64,000 bases of DNA, taken from positions 240-64,239 of the forward strand of contig JAKLIG010000004.1 of assembly GCA_022709735.1 (NCBI GenBank). Direction: 5' to 3'. The DNA comes from Patescibacteria group bacterium (GTDB taxonomy: Bacteria; Patescibacteriota; Minisyncoccia; Moranbacterales; UBA2206). Position 1 is the first letter of the stretch. Each line of letters starts with the position of its first letter. Shown piece by piece: positions 10,081-20,089 of this stretch. The translations under genes and the position numbers were made by a program. The notes below the pieces were generated by a model that had not been told where the DNA came from, ran no database searches, and worked only from the letters and a program-made list of their open reading frames with translations.

Positions 10081-11346
10081 TTATTCTATTGGCAAATTAG
10101 CCGGCGCACTGCCTAGCCTTCCAGATGTCCTGGTTATCGAAGGTGATTTCACGCCCATATCTGGAAAATGAAACATTGTCGCCAATTCCTTAGTTGAGAA
10201 TACGATTTTCGGCCCATCCATATTTCTTTTTATATAGCGATCATAAATTTTTCTTTTTCGAAAATCCGCTCTTGGCCCGGCAAAGAATATTATTCCATAA
10301 GTCTTGGTTATATCTGCAGGCTTTACTTGATTGAAATTTATATCATTAAACTGTTTTATCGCTCCAACAAAAGATGATATATTTGATCGGTCAAAATTTT
10401 CTCGGCGTCCGATAATTATCATCCGCATTTTAGTGCGAAAGAGATTTTTCCCTAAATTTTCTTCAGTGGCTTTTAGAAGATCTTTTTCTCCGGGGGAAAG
10501 ACGAAATTCTAATGGCCCTAATTCTTTTTTTTCTGCTGAAGAAAATTCAACCGGACCAGACATTCCGCTAAAAATATTCCCAAAAACATCCGCTAGATGT
10601 CCAAAAATACCCACAATTTCCGTTGCTTTTTCTCCCTTAAGTTTTTTTATCACCGAGTCATATTTCTTTTTTAATGGTTCTGGCAAGGGTTGAAGAACGA
10701 ATTGCAACCAAATATGTTGATCAGGAGGAAGCGCTCCAATAACTTCTGCCATAGCTGACATTGGATCTAACATTTCTCCAGTTACACTTTCTTCAAATCT
10801 ATCATAAGTTTTGATTGGAATCGGGTCTTCATTTACAAATTCAAAATCTGTCCCCCAAAGATCCCAATTTTTATTCGGTACGACTTTTGGAAAAGTTTGA
10901 GTATAATCAGAGACTTCTAAAACTTCCGCATCTGGATACTGGGCATAAACATGCGCTTCTACCAAATTCCTATATTTTTTTTGAGTGCGAATAAGAAAAC
11001 GCATTTTCCCCCCTTCTCCAATAATTTCCGCGCTAAAGCGATCATGCCAAAAAGCGCCCTTGATATATTCATCAAAAGCATTATAGGTTGTGAGCACTCC
11101 AGTGATGGCCGTAAAGATATTTTCCATCATTTTCGGACCTCTTTCAATTTCCCGCGGAGGAATTATTTCAAGATAGGCCCATTCTTGGCTTTTATGCCAA
11201 GAATTAGGAGACTGAACGCCCACAAAATCTATCCAAAGAATTTTGAAGACATAATAAAACATTATCGGGAGAATAATCCACCAAAAAAAACTGATAGCCT
11301 GCCCGATTGTTATAAAAACTGAATTGATGTCTGAAACGTTGTTCAT
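10081..11346 (-). CDS. Membrane-anchored hypothetical protein (N-terminal TM helix then large soluble domain); genomic partner of the VirD4-like ATPase
   Basis: N-terminus ...FITIGQAISFFWWIILPIMFYYVFKILWI; 9-nt gap to the downstream ATPase gene. Confidence 0.55.
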   Translation of the reverse strand: MNNVSDINSVFITIGQAISFFWWIILPIMFYYVFKILWIDFVGVQSPNSWHKSQEWAYLEIIPPREIERGPKMMENIFTAITGVLTTYNAFDEYIKGAFWHDRFSAEIIGEGGKMRFLIRTQKKYRNLVEAHVYAQYPDAEVLEVSDYTQTFPKVVPNKNWDLWGTDFEFVNEDPIPIKTYDRFEESVTGEMLDPMSAMAEVIGALPPDQHIWLQFVLQPLPEPLKKKYDSVIKKLKGEKATEIVGIFGHLADVFGNIFSGMSGPVEFSSAEKKELGPLEFRLSPGEKDLLKATEENLGKNLFRTKMRMIIIGRRENFDRSNISSFVGAIKQFNDINFNQVKPADITKTYGIIFFAGPRADFRKRKIYDRYIKRNMDGPKIVFSTKELATMFHFPDMGVKSPSITRTSGRLGSAPANLPIE

Positions 11347-11365
11347 GACATTGAAATAAAATTTT

Positions 11366-12436
11366 TTATTTTTTTATTGTATAAAGTTCGCCTTTCTTTT
11401 CAAAAATTTTAGAATTATTCAAATTTATGCTGATTGTTGTTTTTTTCACTTCCCTAATTTTCAAAACTTCAAAAATTATTTCTTCCTTTTTTAGGGGCTT
11501 TTTCTTATCCTCTAAAATATTTTTTATCACTTCCTGTATTGTTCCTTCGAAATATCCCCATTCTCTAAGCGCATAGATTCCCCGTCCAATCAAAACAAAG
11601 CGTTCATCTTTGATTAGTTCATTATGCACTGTTTGCGGATGAGCTTTTCTTTTGCCTAATTCGAATTTATCAATCAGCCCAGCAATTTCAACAAAGTGTA
11701 GCGGCCGTTTATGTTCTTTTAATATAAGATGAACTCTTTCGCGTGTTCCTTTCGGCGCTATTTCCGCCCAGTGCTTCATTCCCCACTTATCAAATTTATT
11801 TTTTTTGATATTAGCCGAGGCTTTGAGAAAATTTACTGTTTTTGGAGAAGTGAGATGAGGGAAAACAGAAGAAAGCCGGCTGGTAATTTCACTATCGGTA
11901 AAAAGTTTTTTTTCTTGGCTGATAATTTTTTCAGCTTCAACCAAAGTTTTCTTTATTTCCAAAATAGCATTTTCAGAAATTATCCAAATTTTTTCAAAAA
12001 ACTTTTTTTCTTCAGCTTCTATGATTTTTTTGGAACACAACGCAAAAAACTTTATAGCGTTAGCTTCCGCCTCTCCATCTGAATTGAATTTCTCAATTAC
12101 CTCACTGGTTTTAATTATACCATCATTTTGGCTAATTGTAAAAATAATTTTTTCTTCCGCCTCCAAAAAACTCTTGTCTTCAGTTTTTGTTGCGATATTT
12201 TTAAGCGCTTCAGAAATTATCTGTCGCACTCTTTCCCGAGTTATCCCATAATGGCGCCCGATTTTATCCAGCGTTTCTTTTTTTCCATTTAAAAGACCGA
12301 ATCTTTTCTGGATAATTTCTCGAGAACGCTGATTTAGTTCGGAAAGCAAGTTATCCGACAAACTCAAAAATAGCGGTTTTTTGCCGTTTCCAATTGCATT
12401 TTTTAAATTGATAGATTTTTCCTTGCCTTTAATCAT
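11366..12436 (-). CDS. DNA-binding protein with sigma-70 region-4-like HTH (N-terminal) and a C-terminal HARE-HTH-like winged helix
   Basis: GITRERVRQIISEALKNI (sigma r4-type HTH); C-terminal ...RFVLIGRGIYALREWGY resembles the RpoE-delta N-terminal HARE-HTH pattern. Confidence 0.55.
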   Translation of the reverse strand: MIKGKEKSINLKNAIGNGKKPLFLSLSDNLLSELNQRSREIIQKRFGLLNGKKETLDKIGRHYGITRERVRQIISEALKNIATKTEDKSFLEAEEKIIFTISQNDGIIKTSEVIEKFNSDGEAEANAIKFFALCSKKIIEAEEKKFFEKIWIISENAILEIKKTLVEAEKIISQEKKLFTDSEITSRLSSVFPHLTSPKTVNFLKASANIKKNKFDKWGMKHWAEIAPKGTRERVHLILKEHKRPLHFVEIAGLIDKFELGKRKAHPQTVHNELIKDERFVLIGRGIYALREWGYFEGTIQEVIKNILEDKKKPLKKEEIIFEVLKIREVKKTTISINLNNSKIFEKKGELYTIKK

Positions 12437-12537
12437 TTTATTTAATTCAAACTATTCTAGCATAGATTGGATATTTGTCAAGTTTTTCTTTATTATGCTA
12501 CATTTAAAAAGAACTTTTTGAAAAAAATTTTATAGCT

Positions 12538-13614
12538 ATGAAATATTTAAACGCGCTGAATAAAATTGAGGGCGTCGGAGCAAAAAGAATCCAAATTCTC
12601 TTGAATTTTTTTGGCAACGGCGAAAATATTTGGGAAGCGGATTTAGAAAATTTAAGAAAAAGCGGGATTGGCGAGAAATTGTCAGAAAGAATATTTTTGG
12701 AAAAAAATAGTATTAATCCGAAGGAAGAATGGGAAAAATTAGAAAAAGAAAATATAAAATTGATTACCCTTGGGGATTCTGATTATCCTGATTTGCTTAG
12801 GGAAATTCCCAATCCACCTTATATTCTTTATAAAAAAGGAGAAATAAATTTTAATTCTTCTCCGATGATATCTATTGTTGGTTCCAGAAAATATACGGCT
12901 TATGGTTCGCAAATTGCAATGAGTTTGGCAAAAGATTTAGCTAGCGCCGGAATTACAGTCGTTTCGGGAATGGCGCTCGGTATTGATACTTTTTCACACC
13001 GCGGAGCGCTGGATAATCATGGGAAAACCATCGCAGTTTTGGGAAACAGTCTGGATGATAATAATATTTATCCTCGAAATAATTTCAATTTATCCCGCGA
13101 AATAATAGCAAGTGGAGCGCTGGTTAGTGAATATCCGATCGAAACTTCAGCTGGACCGCTCACTTTCCCCGCTCGAAACAGAATTATCGCCGGACTAACT
13201 ATAGGAACAATTGTAATTGAAGCAGGCGCCAAAAGCGGATCGCTCATCACCGCCGATATGGCGCTGGAATATAATCGAGAAGTTTTTTCTGTTCCCGGTT
13301 CGATTTTTTCTCCCCTCTCGTTTGGCACTAACAATCTCATAAAAAACGGGGCTAGAGTGGTGACTGGGATAAAAGATGTTTTGGAAGAATTAGATCTTAT
13401 TAAGGAAAATGTCAAAAAAGAAATTATTCCAAAAAATCCCGAAAATAATGAAGAGAAAATTATCCTAAAAATTCTTTCCCCTGATCCTCTTCACATTGAC
13501 AATATTGCCAAACTCGCTAAACTTCAAACAGCTGTATGCTCCTCTGTGCTTTCCATGATGGAAATCAAAGGCTGGGTCAGAAACATTGGAGGGCAAAATT
13601 ATATTTTATTGTAA
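12538..13614 (+). CDS. dprA: DNA processing protein DprA (Smf)
   Basis: Rossmann-like DprA core GIDTFSHRGALD...VIEAGAKSGSLITA; classic adjacency to topA. Confidence 0.85.
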   Translation: MKYLNALNKIEGVGAKRIQILLNFFGNGENIWEADLENLRKSGIGEKLSERIFLEKNSINPKEEWEKLEKENIKLITLGDSDYPDLLREIPNPPYILYKKGEINFNSSPMISIVGSRKYTAYGSQIAMSLAKDLASAGITVVSGMALGIDTFSHRGALDNHGKTIAVLGNSLDDNNIYPRNNFNLSREIIASGALVSEYPIETSAGPLTFPARNRIIAGLTIGTIVIEAGAKSGSLITADMALEYNREVFSVPGSIFSPLSFGTNNLIKNGARVVTGIKDVLEELDLIKENVKKEIIPKNPENNEEKIILKILSPDPLHIDNIAKLAKLQTAVCSSVLSMMEIKGWVRNIGGQNYILL

Positions 13615-13697
13615 AGCGATTCGAATTTACGAATAAACATCCGAGTGTTTCGAATAATTCGAGTCATTCGAGTGAAGATTCGAATCATTCGAGTCGC
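13615..13697 (+). repeat. 83-nt hairpin-forming intergenic repeat, copy A (ATTCGAGT-type)
   Basis: ~84% identical to 29242..29325; the ends agcgattcgaat...attcgagtcgct are inverted repeats. Confidence 0.8.
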
Positions 13698-13708
13698 TAT
13701 AAAAAATT

Positions 13709-15949
13709 ATGAAATTAGTCATTGTTGAGTCGCCAACCAAAGCTAAAACTATTTCCAAATTTCTTGGAAAAGATTTTATCGTGAAATCTTCTTATGGTCA
13801 TGTTCGTGATCTTCCCCAAAAAGAAATGGGCATTGATATTAAAAATGGCTTTTCTCCGGAATATGAAATTCCTTCCAAAGCACTGCCTCGAGTTTCTGAA
13901 CTTAAGAAATTGGCAAAAAAATCAGAAAAAGTGATCTTGGCAACTGACGAAGACCGCGAAGGAGAAGCCATTTCTTGGCATCTCGAGGAAGCACTAGAGC
14001 TTTCCGAAAAAAATACCGAGCGAATAGTTTTTCATGAAATTACCAAAACTGCCATTGAAAAAGCACTGGCTAATCCACGCTCCATTGATTTAAATTTAGT
14101 TGATGCCCAACAAGCGAGAAGAGTTCTGGATCGCCTAGTCGGCTATGAGCTTTCTCCATTTCTTTGGAAAAAAATCAGGCGTGGCCTTAGCGCCGGGCGT
14201 GTTCAATCCGTGGCCCTTCGTTTAATTGTTGAGAGAGAAAGAGAAATTAAAAATTTCAAGCCGGAAGAATACTGGAATATAAACGCAAAATTAAAAACGA
14301 AAAATAAAAATCAGGAAGAGTTTGAAGCAAAACTTTCCAAAGAAAACGGAAAAGCGTTTGGAAAAATGGGAATAAAAAATCAAGAGCAAGCAGAAAAAAT
14401 TAAAAATTTTTTGGAAAAATCTGAATTTAAAGTAGAAAATATTTCTAAAAAAGAAATTCAAAAAAATCCCCTTCCGCCCTACACTACTTCCACTCTTCAA
14501 CAAGACGCCAATAGCAAGCTAGGCTATAGCGCCAAACAAACCATGGCAATTGCACAAAAACTATATGAAGGAATAGACATTGGAACATCTGGCTTGGTCG
14601 GACTCATCACTTATATGCGAACTGACAGTTTAAACTTGTCAATGGAATCGCTTATCTCGGCTCGAAAAACAATTGAAAAAAATTTCGGAGAAAAATACGC
14701 TCTTTCCAGCCCGCGTTTTTTCAAAAATAAATCCAAGGGTGCGCAAGAAGCCCATGAAGCTATCCGCCCAACTTTTCCCGAACATGATCCGGAATCTTTA
14801 AAAGGATACTTAGATTCCAAACAATATCATTTATATAAATTAATCTGGCAAAGAATGATCGCTTCTCAAATGGCAAGCGCTGTTTTGGACAGTGTGTCTG
14901 TCGATATTTCAGCTACGCAAAATAATTCGCAGGACAATTATACTCTTCGCGCCAATGGCTCAACTATTAAATTTGACGGGTATTTAAAAATTTACGGCGA
15001 TAAGATGCCAGTCGCGGAAAATATTTTGCCAGAGTTAGAAGAAAAAGAAAATCTGGATCTTATTGAGATAAAAAATGAGCAAAAATTTACCGTGCCTCCA
15101 GCCCGCTATAGCGAAGCTACTCTCATCAAAGCGCTGGAAGAAGACGGCATCGGCCGGCCGTCCACTTATGCGCCGACAATTTCTACTATTATCGAAAGAA
15201 AATATGTAGATAAGGATGAAAATCGAAGATTATATCCGCTGGAAATTGGAATGGTTGTCTGTGATCTTTTAGTAGAACATTTTGAAAAAATTGTTGATTA
15301 TAAATTTACCGCTAAAATGGAAGAAGAATTTGATGAAATTGCCGATGGTAAAAAAGAATGGGTGCCAGTGATAAAAGCTTTTTATGAACCATTTCATAAA
15401 AACCTTCAGGAAAAAACCAAGGAAGTAACAAAAGAAAGTTTTCAGGAAAAATTAGACCGAAATTGTCCGGAGTGTGGCGGAGATCTGATTGTAAAATTCG
15501 GACGGTTTGGAAAATTTATCGCCTGCAAAAATTATCCTAATTGTCGCTATACGGAGAAAACTGATGACGAGAAAAAAATCCAGGAAAAAATTGAAAAAGA
15601 AAACGGCAAGGAATTATGTGAACTTTGTGGCGCGCCAATGGCAATAAAAAGAGGAAAGTATGGAATGTTTCTGGGCTGTTCCAATTATCCTAATTGCAAA
15701 AACATCAAAAGAATTGAAAATAAAACAGGCGTAAAATGTCCGAAATGTGACGTTGGAGAAATTGTTGAAAGAAAATCCAAACGCGGGCGAAGTTTTTTCG
15801 GTTGCAACACTTATCCTAAATGCAATTTCGCTCTTTGGAACAAGCCGACTGGAGAAAAATGTCCCGAGTGTCAAAGCCTTTTAGTTTTTGCCGCAAAAAA
15901 TAAATCCAAGTGTTCTAATAAAGAATGTAGCTTTGAAAAAGAAAATTAA
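13709..15949 (+). CDS. topA: DNA topoisomerase I with four C-terminal C4 zinc ribbons
   Basis: TOPRIM N-terminus MKLVIVESPTKAKTISKFLG; zinc ribbons CPECGG..CKNYPNC, CELCGA..CSNYPNC, CPKCD..CNTYPKC, CPECQ. Confidence 0.9.
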   Translation: MKLVIVESPTKAKTISKFLGKDFIVKSSYGHVRDLPQKEMGIDIKNGFSPEYEIPSKALPRVSELKKLAKKSEKVILATDEDREGEAISWHLEEALELSEKNTERIVFHEITKTAIEKALANPRSIDLNLVDAQQARRVLDRLVGYELSPFLWKKIRRGLSAGRVQSVALRLIVEREREIKNFKPEEYWNINAKLKTKNKNQEEFEAKLSKENGKAFGKMGIKNQEQAEKIKNFLEKSEFKVENISKKEIQKNPLPPYTTSTLQQDANSKLGYSAKQTMAIAQKLYEGIDIGTSGLVGLITYMRTDSLNLSMESLISARKTIEKNFGEKYALSSPRFFKNKSKGAQEAHEAIRPTFPEHDPESLKGYLDSKQYHLYKLIWQRMIASQMASAVLDSVSVDISATQNNSQDNYTLRANGSTIKFDGYLKIYGDKMPVAENILPELEEKENLDLIEIKNEQKFTVPPARYSEATLIKALEEDGIGRPSTYAPTISTIIERKYVDKDENRRLYPLEIGMVVCDLLVEHFEKIVDYKFTAKMEEEFDEIADGKKEWVPVIKAFYEPFHKNLQEKTKEVTKESFQEKLDRNCPECGGDLIVKFGRFGKFIACKNYPNCRYTEKTDDEKKIQEKIEKENGKELCELCGAPMAIKRGKYGMFLGCSNYPNCKNIKRIENKTGVKCPKCDVGEIVERKSKRGRSFFGCNTYPKCNFALWNKPTGEKCPECQSLLVFAAKNKSKCSNKECSFEKEN

Positions 15950-15954
15950 AAAAT

Positions 15955-15965
15955 AGTGGTATAAT
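15955..15965 (+). promoter_or_regulatory. Extended -10 element TGgTATAAT 7 nt upstream of the rel ATG (possible leaderless transcript)
   Basis: tggtataat at 15957-15965; ATG at 15973. Confidence 0.3.
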
Positions 15966-15972
15966 TATATAT

Positions 15973-17451
15973 ATGCTAACTATTGAAGATGTAATAAAAG
16001 GAGCCAAGTTGAATATAGGCGTCCACAGAGAGGCGCTGATTAGAAGCGCTTATGAGATGGCGCTTTCTGCTCACGCCGGGCAAAAAAGAAAATCCGGCGA
16101 AGATTATATCCAGCATTCTCTGGGAACAGCTTTGAATTTGGCAAAAATTGGCTTGGGTTCAAAAACTATTTCAGCCGGACTTTTGCACGATGTGCCGGAA
16201 GATACCGAAGTAACAGTCCAAGATATAGAAAAAAAATTTGGTTCAGAGATAGCGAATATAGTTGAAGGAGTGACGAAACTTGGAAAAATAAAATTGCGCG
16301 GAACAAAAGAAGAGCTTTATTTGGAAAACCTTCGCAAAATGTTTTTGGCAATGGCGCAGGACATCCGAGTGGTGCTTATCAAATTGGCTGACCGTTTGCA
16401 TAATATGGAAACTCTGGAAAACCTAGAACCGGAAAAACAAGAAAGAATCGCCCGAGAAACTTTAGATATTTTTGCACCAATCGCCAATCGCCTGGGGATT
16501 GGAGAATTTAAAAATAAATTGGAAAATTTGGCTTTTAAATATTTGGAAAAAGAAAATTATGAATATGTTTTGAAACTATCCCAAGAACAGCATGAGCAAA
16601 GAAAAAAACATTTGGCTGTAGTTTCCAGAGAACTGCAAAAAGAACTCACTAAGGAAGGAATAGAAGTCATCAGCATAACTGGACGAACCAAGCATCTCTA
16701 CCGCCTTTTTCAGAAATTGAAAAAACATGATATGAATTTTGATAAAATTTATGATTTGGCCGGCATTCGAATTATCGTTCCAGAAATCGTAAACTGCTAT
16801 GAAACACTGGGAATTGTTCATCGAAAATACCGCCCAATGATCGGGCGAATCAAAGATTATATTTCCCTTCCAAAGCCCAATGGCTATCAATCAATCCACA
16901 CTACTATTTTCGGACCGGAAGGAAGATTTTTGGAAATTCAAATCCGCACAAAAAAAATGGATGATGAAGCAGAATATGGAATTGCCGCCCATTGGATTTA
17001 TTCTGAAGAAAAAAAGGGAATAAAGGATTTTCTTTTTAGAAAAAAAGACAAGGTGCCGGAAAAAGAACTTCTTTGGATAAAACAGCTTCGTGAATGGCAA
17101 AAAGAATTAGGGAAAGACAACAAGGAATTTGTCGAGGGTTTGAAAATTGATTTTTTCAAAAATCATATTTTTGCTTTTACTCCGCTCGGAGATGTAATTG
17201 ATCTTCCGGAAGAAGCTACGCCAATTGATTTTGCCTACAGAGTTCATAGCGAAATTGGCGACCGTGCTATGAGCGCCAAAGCCAACGGAAAAATGGTTTC
17301 ATTGGATTATAAAATAAACAATGGCGAAGTGATTGAAATAATAACCTCCCGAGATTATAAAAATCCCAGCCGAGATTGGCTTCGTTTTGTCAAAACCTCC
17401 GCCGCCAAATCACGCATTAAGAAGTTTATGAAGAAAAAAGGAATGATTTAA
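15973..17451 (+). CDS. rel: Small RelA/SpoT homolog: HD hydrolase + (p)ppGpp synthetase + TGS domains, no ACT domain
   Basis: HD motif HDVPEDT; synthetase region RTKHLYRLFQKL...GIRIIV; TGS region FTPLGDVIDLPEEATPIDFAYRVHSEIG. Confidence 0.85.
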   Translation: MLTIEDVIKGAKLNIGVHREALIRSAYEMALSAHAGQKRKSGEDYIQHSLGTALNLAKIGLGSKTISAGLLHDVPEDTEVTVQDIEKKFGSEIANIVEGVTKLGKIKLRGTKEELYLENLRKMFLAMAQDIRVVLIKLADRLHNMETLENLEPEKQERIARETLDIFAPIANRLGIGEFKNKLENLAFKYLEKENYEYVLKLSQEQHEQRKKHLAVVSRELQKELTKEGIEVISITGRTKHLYRLFQKLKKHDMNFDKIYDLAGIRIIVPEIVNCYETLGIVHRKYRPMIGRIKDYISLPKPNGYQSIHTTIFGPEGRFLEIQIRTKKMDDEAEYGIAAHWIYSEEKKGIKDFLFRKKDKVPEKELLWIKQLREWQKELGKDNKEFVEGLKIDFFKNHIFAFTPLGDVIDLPEEATPIDFAYRVHSEIGDRAMSAKANGKMVSLDYKINNGEVIEIITSRDYKNPSRDWLRFVKTSAAKSRIKKFMKKKGMI

Positions 17452-17486
17452 GATAGCTTATAGCTTTTAGAGATTTAATTAATTAC

Positions 17487-17516
17487 AAAAAAACGGACTT
17501 AAATCCGCTTTTTTAT
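17487..17516. terminator. Short bidirectional terminator hairpin (A-run, cggacttaaatccg, T-run) between convergent rel and a small minus-strand gene
   Basis: aaaaaaacggacttaaatccgctttttt. Confidence 0.45.
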
Positions 17517-17523
17517 TTTTAAA

Positions 17524-17577
17524 AACATTCTCACATTCCCTGCCTGCCGGCAGGCAGGTGCAGAATATCAGAATGTT
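17524..17577. repeat. Palindromic repeat element E1: aacattctca / perfect 20-nt palindrome CCTGCCTGCCGGCAGGCAGG (17539..17558) / tcagaatgtt
   Basis: Inverted termini plus central palindrome; core shared with E2 (34984..35003) and degenerate copies at 38836..38848, 54935..54950 and 62454..62475. Confidence 0.8.
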
Positions 17578-17595
17578 ATTTCTATAAAACAAAAC

Positions 17596-17784
17596 TCAAA
17601 CATTGCGATTTCTAAACCAGACATAAGTCACGAGAGCGAAAATCAAAACGATTGAAATTGAAAGCATCGCAAATGGTTCGACCCCGCTTAACTTTTCTGT
17701 GAGCCAGGAAAAATATGCTGGCAAATAAATATTGATTAGTTTGCCGTAAAATTCGGAAGTTATTTGAATAATTTTTTCTGACAT
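17596..17784 (-). CDS. Small membrane protein (62 aa)
   Basis: ORF with two hydrophobic segments. Confidence 0.4.
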   Translation of the reverse strand: MSEKIIQITSEFYGKLINIYLPAYFSWLTEKLSGVEPFAMLSISIVLIFALVTYVWFRNRNV

Positions 17785-17791
17785 AAAAGAA

Positions 17792-18223
17792 TTATTTTAT
17801 TTTAAACTCTATTTCATTCTCCTTTTTCCATTTTTCAATTTTGTAGTATTTTTCAATATCGCCAGCTTTATGAATAAATTTATGGACAGGTTTAATTTCA
17901 TCAATATTCTCAACTACATATTGCAATCCGTCGATTTTTCGCGCTTCTTCCTCGGCAACATCAACTTCATATACATAGATTTTTCTTTGTGAATCAAATA
18001 AATTAGGATTTTCAAAAGCAACAGTTTTATTGTCCGTATCAATACGAGTAGAACCATTTGGCTTTGCCGCCATTATAAGAGCATAAGCGTAGTCAGGAGT
18101 TAAATATATCGCTTCCAATGTTTCGTCTTTTGGAACAACAACATCTTCACAAGATTGAGCTTGATTTTTTTTAATATTTATTTCGTCCAGATCTTCCCTT
18201 TTAGAACCATGATAAAGTTTCAT
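17792..18223 (-). CDS. Hypothetical protein (143 aa)
   Basis: ORF only. Confidence 0.45.
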   Translation of the reverse strand: MKLYHGSKREDLDEINIKKNQAQSCEDVVVPKDETLEAIYLTPDYAYALIMAAKPNGSTRIDTDNKTVAFENPNLFDSQRKIYVYEVDVAEEEARKIDGLQYVVENIDEIKPVHKFIHKAGDIEKYYKIEKWKKENEIEFKIK

Positions 18224-18232
18224 ATAAAAAAA

Positions 18233-19141
18233 CTATTTTATCTTCCCTAAAATATTATCCAACTCTTCTTTCGAATAGTATTCAATCACAATCTGGCCGC
18301 CGCCGCCGGATTTTTTTATTTTTACTTTTGTTCCAAGAACGCCAGTAAGTTCGTCTTCCAAACTTTTAATTTCCGGATCAACTGCAATGTTTCTTTTGTG
18401 GGTGCGCACGGAAACTTCCTTAGTTTTGTCTTCCGTTTGGCGCACTGTCAAACCATTTTTGATTATGAGTTCATAAAAAGCTCTTTGTTTTTCAGGATTC
18501 GGAATTGCCAAAAGCAATTTGGCATGTCCTTCCGTAATTTTTCCTTCCGTCAGCGCTTTTTGAATTTCTATCGGCAAATTCAAAAGTCGAATTTTGTTGG
18601 CTACTGCGCTTCGGCTTTTCCCAAGTTTCTTAGCGACTTCATCTTGCGTAAGCCCGAATTCATTCGTAAGTTTGATGTATGATTTTGCTTCTTCAATTAA
18701 ATTCAAATCTTGTCTCTGGATATTTTCCACAATTGCCAGTTCCAATTTTTGTTGATCATCGGTTTCTCGAATAATGGCCGGGACTTTCAAAAGTCCGGCA
18801 ATTTTCGCCGCTTGAAAACGACGCTCTCCAGCAATGATTTCAAATTGACCACCGACTTTGCTCACTACTATCGGCTGGATTATTCCGTGTTCTTTTATCG
18901 AATCCGCCAGTTCGTTTAATTTCGCTTCGTCAAAAAATTTTCTTGGCTGTTGAGGATTAGGAATGATGCTAGAAATTTCTATTTCAACGATACTCTTACT
19001 TTCGTCTTTCTTGTCGTCTCTCGCCGAAATTGAAGATTTGCTTCCAAAATAATTAAAATCCTCTTCTGGTTTGTCAATTTTTTTATTTTTTTGAGGAATT
19101 AATGAGGACAATCCCCGGCCTAGACCATAATTCTGTGCCAT
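18233..19141 (-). CDS. parB: Chromosome partitioning protein ParB
   Basis: ParB box IQPIVV...GERRFQAAKIAGL; HTH GLTQDEVAKKLGKSRSAVANKIRLL. Confidence 0.9.
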   Translation of the reverse strand: MAQNYGLGRGLSSLIPQKNKKIDKPEEDFNYFGSKSSISARDDKKDESKSIVEIEISSIIPNPQQPRKFFDEAKLNELADSIKEHGIIQPIVVSKVGGQFEIIAGERRFQAAKIAGLLKVPAIIRETDDQQKLELAIVENIQRQDLNLIEEAKSYIKLTNEFGLTQDEVAKKLGKSRSAVANKIRLLNLPIEIQKALTEGKITEGHAKLLLAIPNPEKQRAFYELIIKNGLTVRQTEDKTKEVSVRTHKRNIAVDPEIKSLEDELTGVLGTKVKIKKSGGGGQIVIEYYSKEELDNILGKIK

Positions 19142-19160
19142 AAATTTAATTTTTTAATTT

Positions 19161-19952
19161 TTATATTGTAAAATCTTTTTTATTATTATTTTTCTCCATC
19201 TCCACTATTTCTTTTGCCAAATTTTTATACGCCCGCGCGCCTTTGGAAAGCGAATCAAAACTCAAAATAGATTTTCCAAAACCAGGCGCTTCCGCCAAAC
19301 GAATTGAACGCGGAATGATTGAATCAAAAACATGACCGGGAAAATGATCTTGAACTTCTTTGACAACTTGGCGCGCCAACCGATTTCTTTTGTCATACAT
19401 TGTGAGAAGCGCTCCCATAACTTTGAGTTCCGGCTGAAGATTTTCTCTTACTAAATCAATCGTATTTAAAAGTTGGCTTAATCCCTCCAATGCAAAATAT
19501 TCTGTCTGCACAGGAATAATTATTTCATCGCTTGCAACCAGCCCATTAATTGTGAGAAGTCCAAGACTCGGCGGAGAATCAATAATTATATAATCGTAAT
19601 TAGTTCTGATTTCACGAAGAACATTGTATAGCCTAAATTCTCGATTATCCAAATGCACCAGTTCAATTCCCGCGCCCGCCAAATCTTGCGAGGCCGGAAT
19701 AAGATCATGACCGAAAGTTTCTGTGCGCATAATTATTTTTGAAGGATGTTCGCCTAAAATCATTGAATGATACAGACTTTTTCCGATTTCCCTGATATTC
19801 AGTCCGAGTCCCGAAGAAGCATTTCCTTGCGGATCAAGATCCACTAGCAAAACAAACTTGCCTAACTCCGCTAGATAGGTCGCCAAGTTTATTGCCGAGG
19901 TAGTTTTCCCTACCCCGCCCTTTTGGTTGACGAGTGAAATAATTTTCGCCAT
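19161..19952 (-). CDS. parA: Chromosome partitioning ATPase ParA/Soj
   Basis: Deviant Walker A KIISLVNQKGGVGKTT; start set at MAKIIS (19952), because the track's longer ORF would overlap the tRNA gene. Confidence 0.9.
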   Translation of the reverse strand: MAKIISLVNQKGGVGKTTSAINLATYLAELGKFVLLVDLDPQGNASSGLGLNIREIGKSLYHSMILGEHPSKIIMRTETFGHDLIPASQDLAGAGIELVHLDNREFRLYNVLREIRTNYDYIIIDSPPSLGLLTINGLVASDEIIIPVQTEYFALEGLSQLLNTIDLVRENLQPELKVMGALLTMYDKRNRLARQVVKEVQDHFPGHVFDSIIPRSIRLAEAPGFGKSILSFDSLSKGARAYKNLAKEIVEMEKNNNKKDFTI

Positions 19953-19998
19953 AATGATTAAGTCTATTATACTATAAATGTATCTTATGACAAAATAT

Positions 19999-20082
19999 GC
20001 CTCGATGGCGGAATTGGTATACGCGCGCGACTCAAAATCGCGCGGGAGCAATCCCATGAGAGTTCGAGTCTCTCTCGAGGCA
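19999..20082 (+). tRNA. tRNA-Leu (anticodon CAA), class II with long variable arm
   Basis: Acceptor gcctcga/tcgaggc; anticodon stem cgcga/tcgcg with loop cuCAAaa; T-arm agttcgagtct; 84 nt. Confidence 0.8.
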
Positions 20083-20089
20083 CAAAATT

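Noticed and set aside
12437-12537. Candidate dprA promoter (ttgtca ... tacatt)
   Set aside because: Only a weak -10 match with ambiguous spacing, so not reported as a feature.
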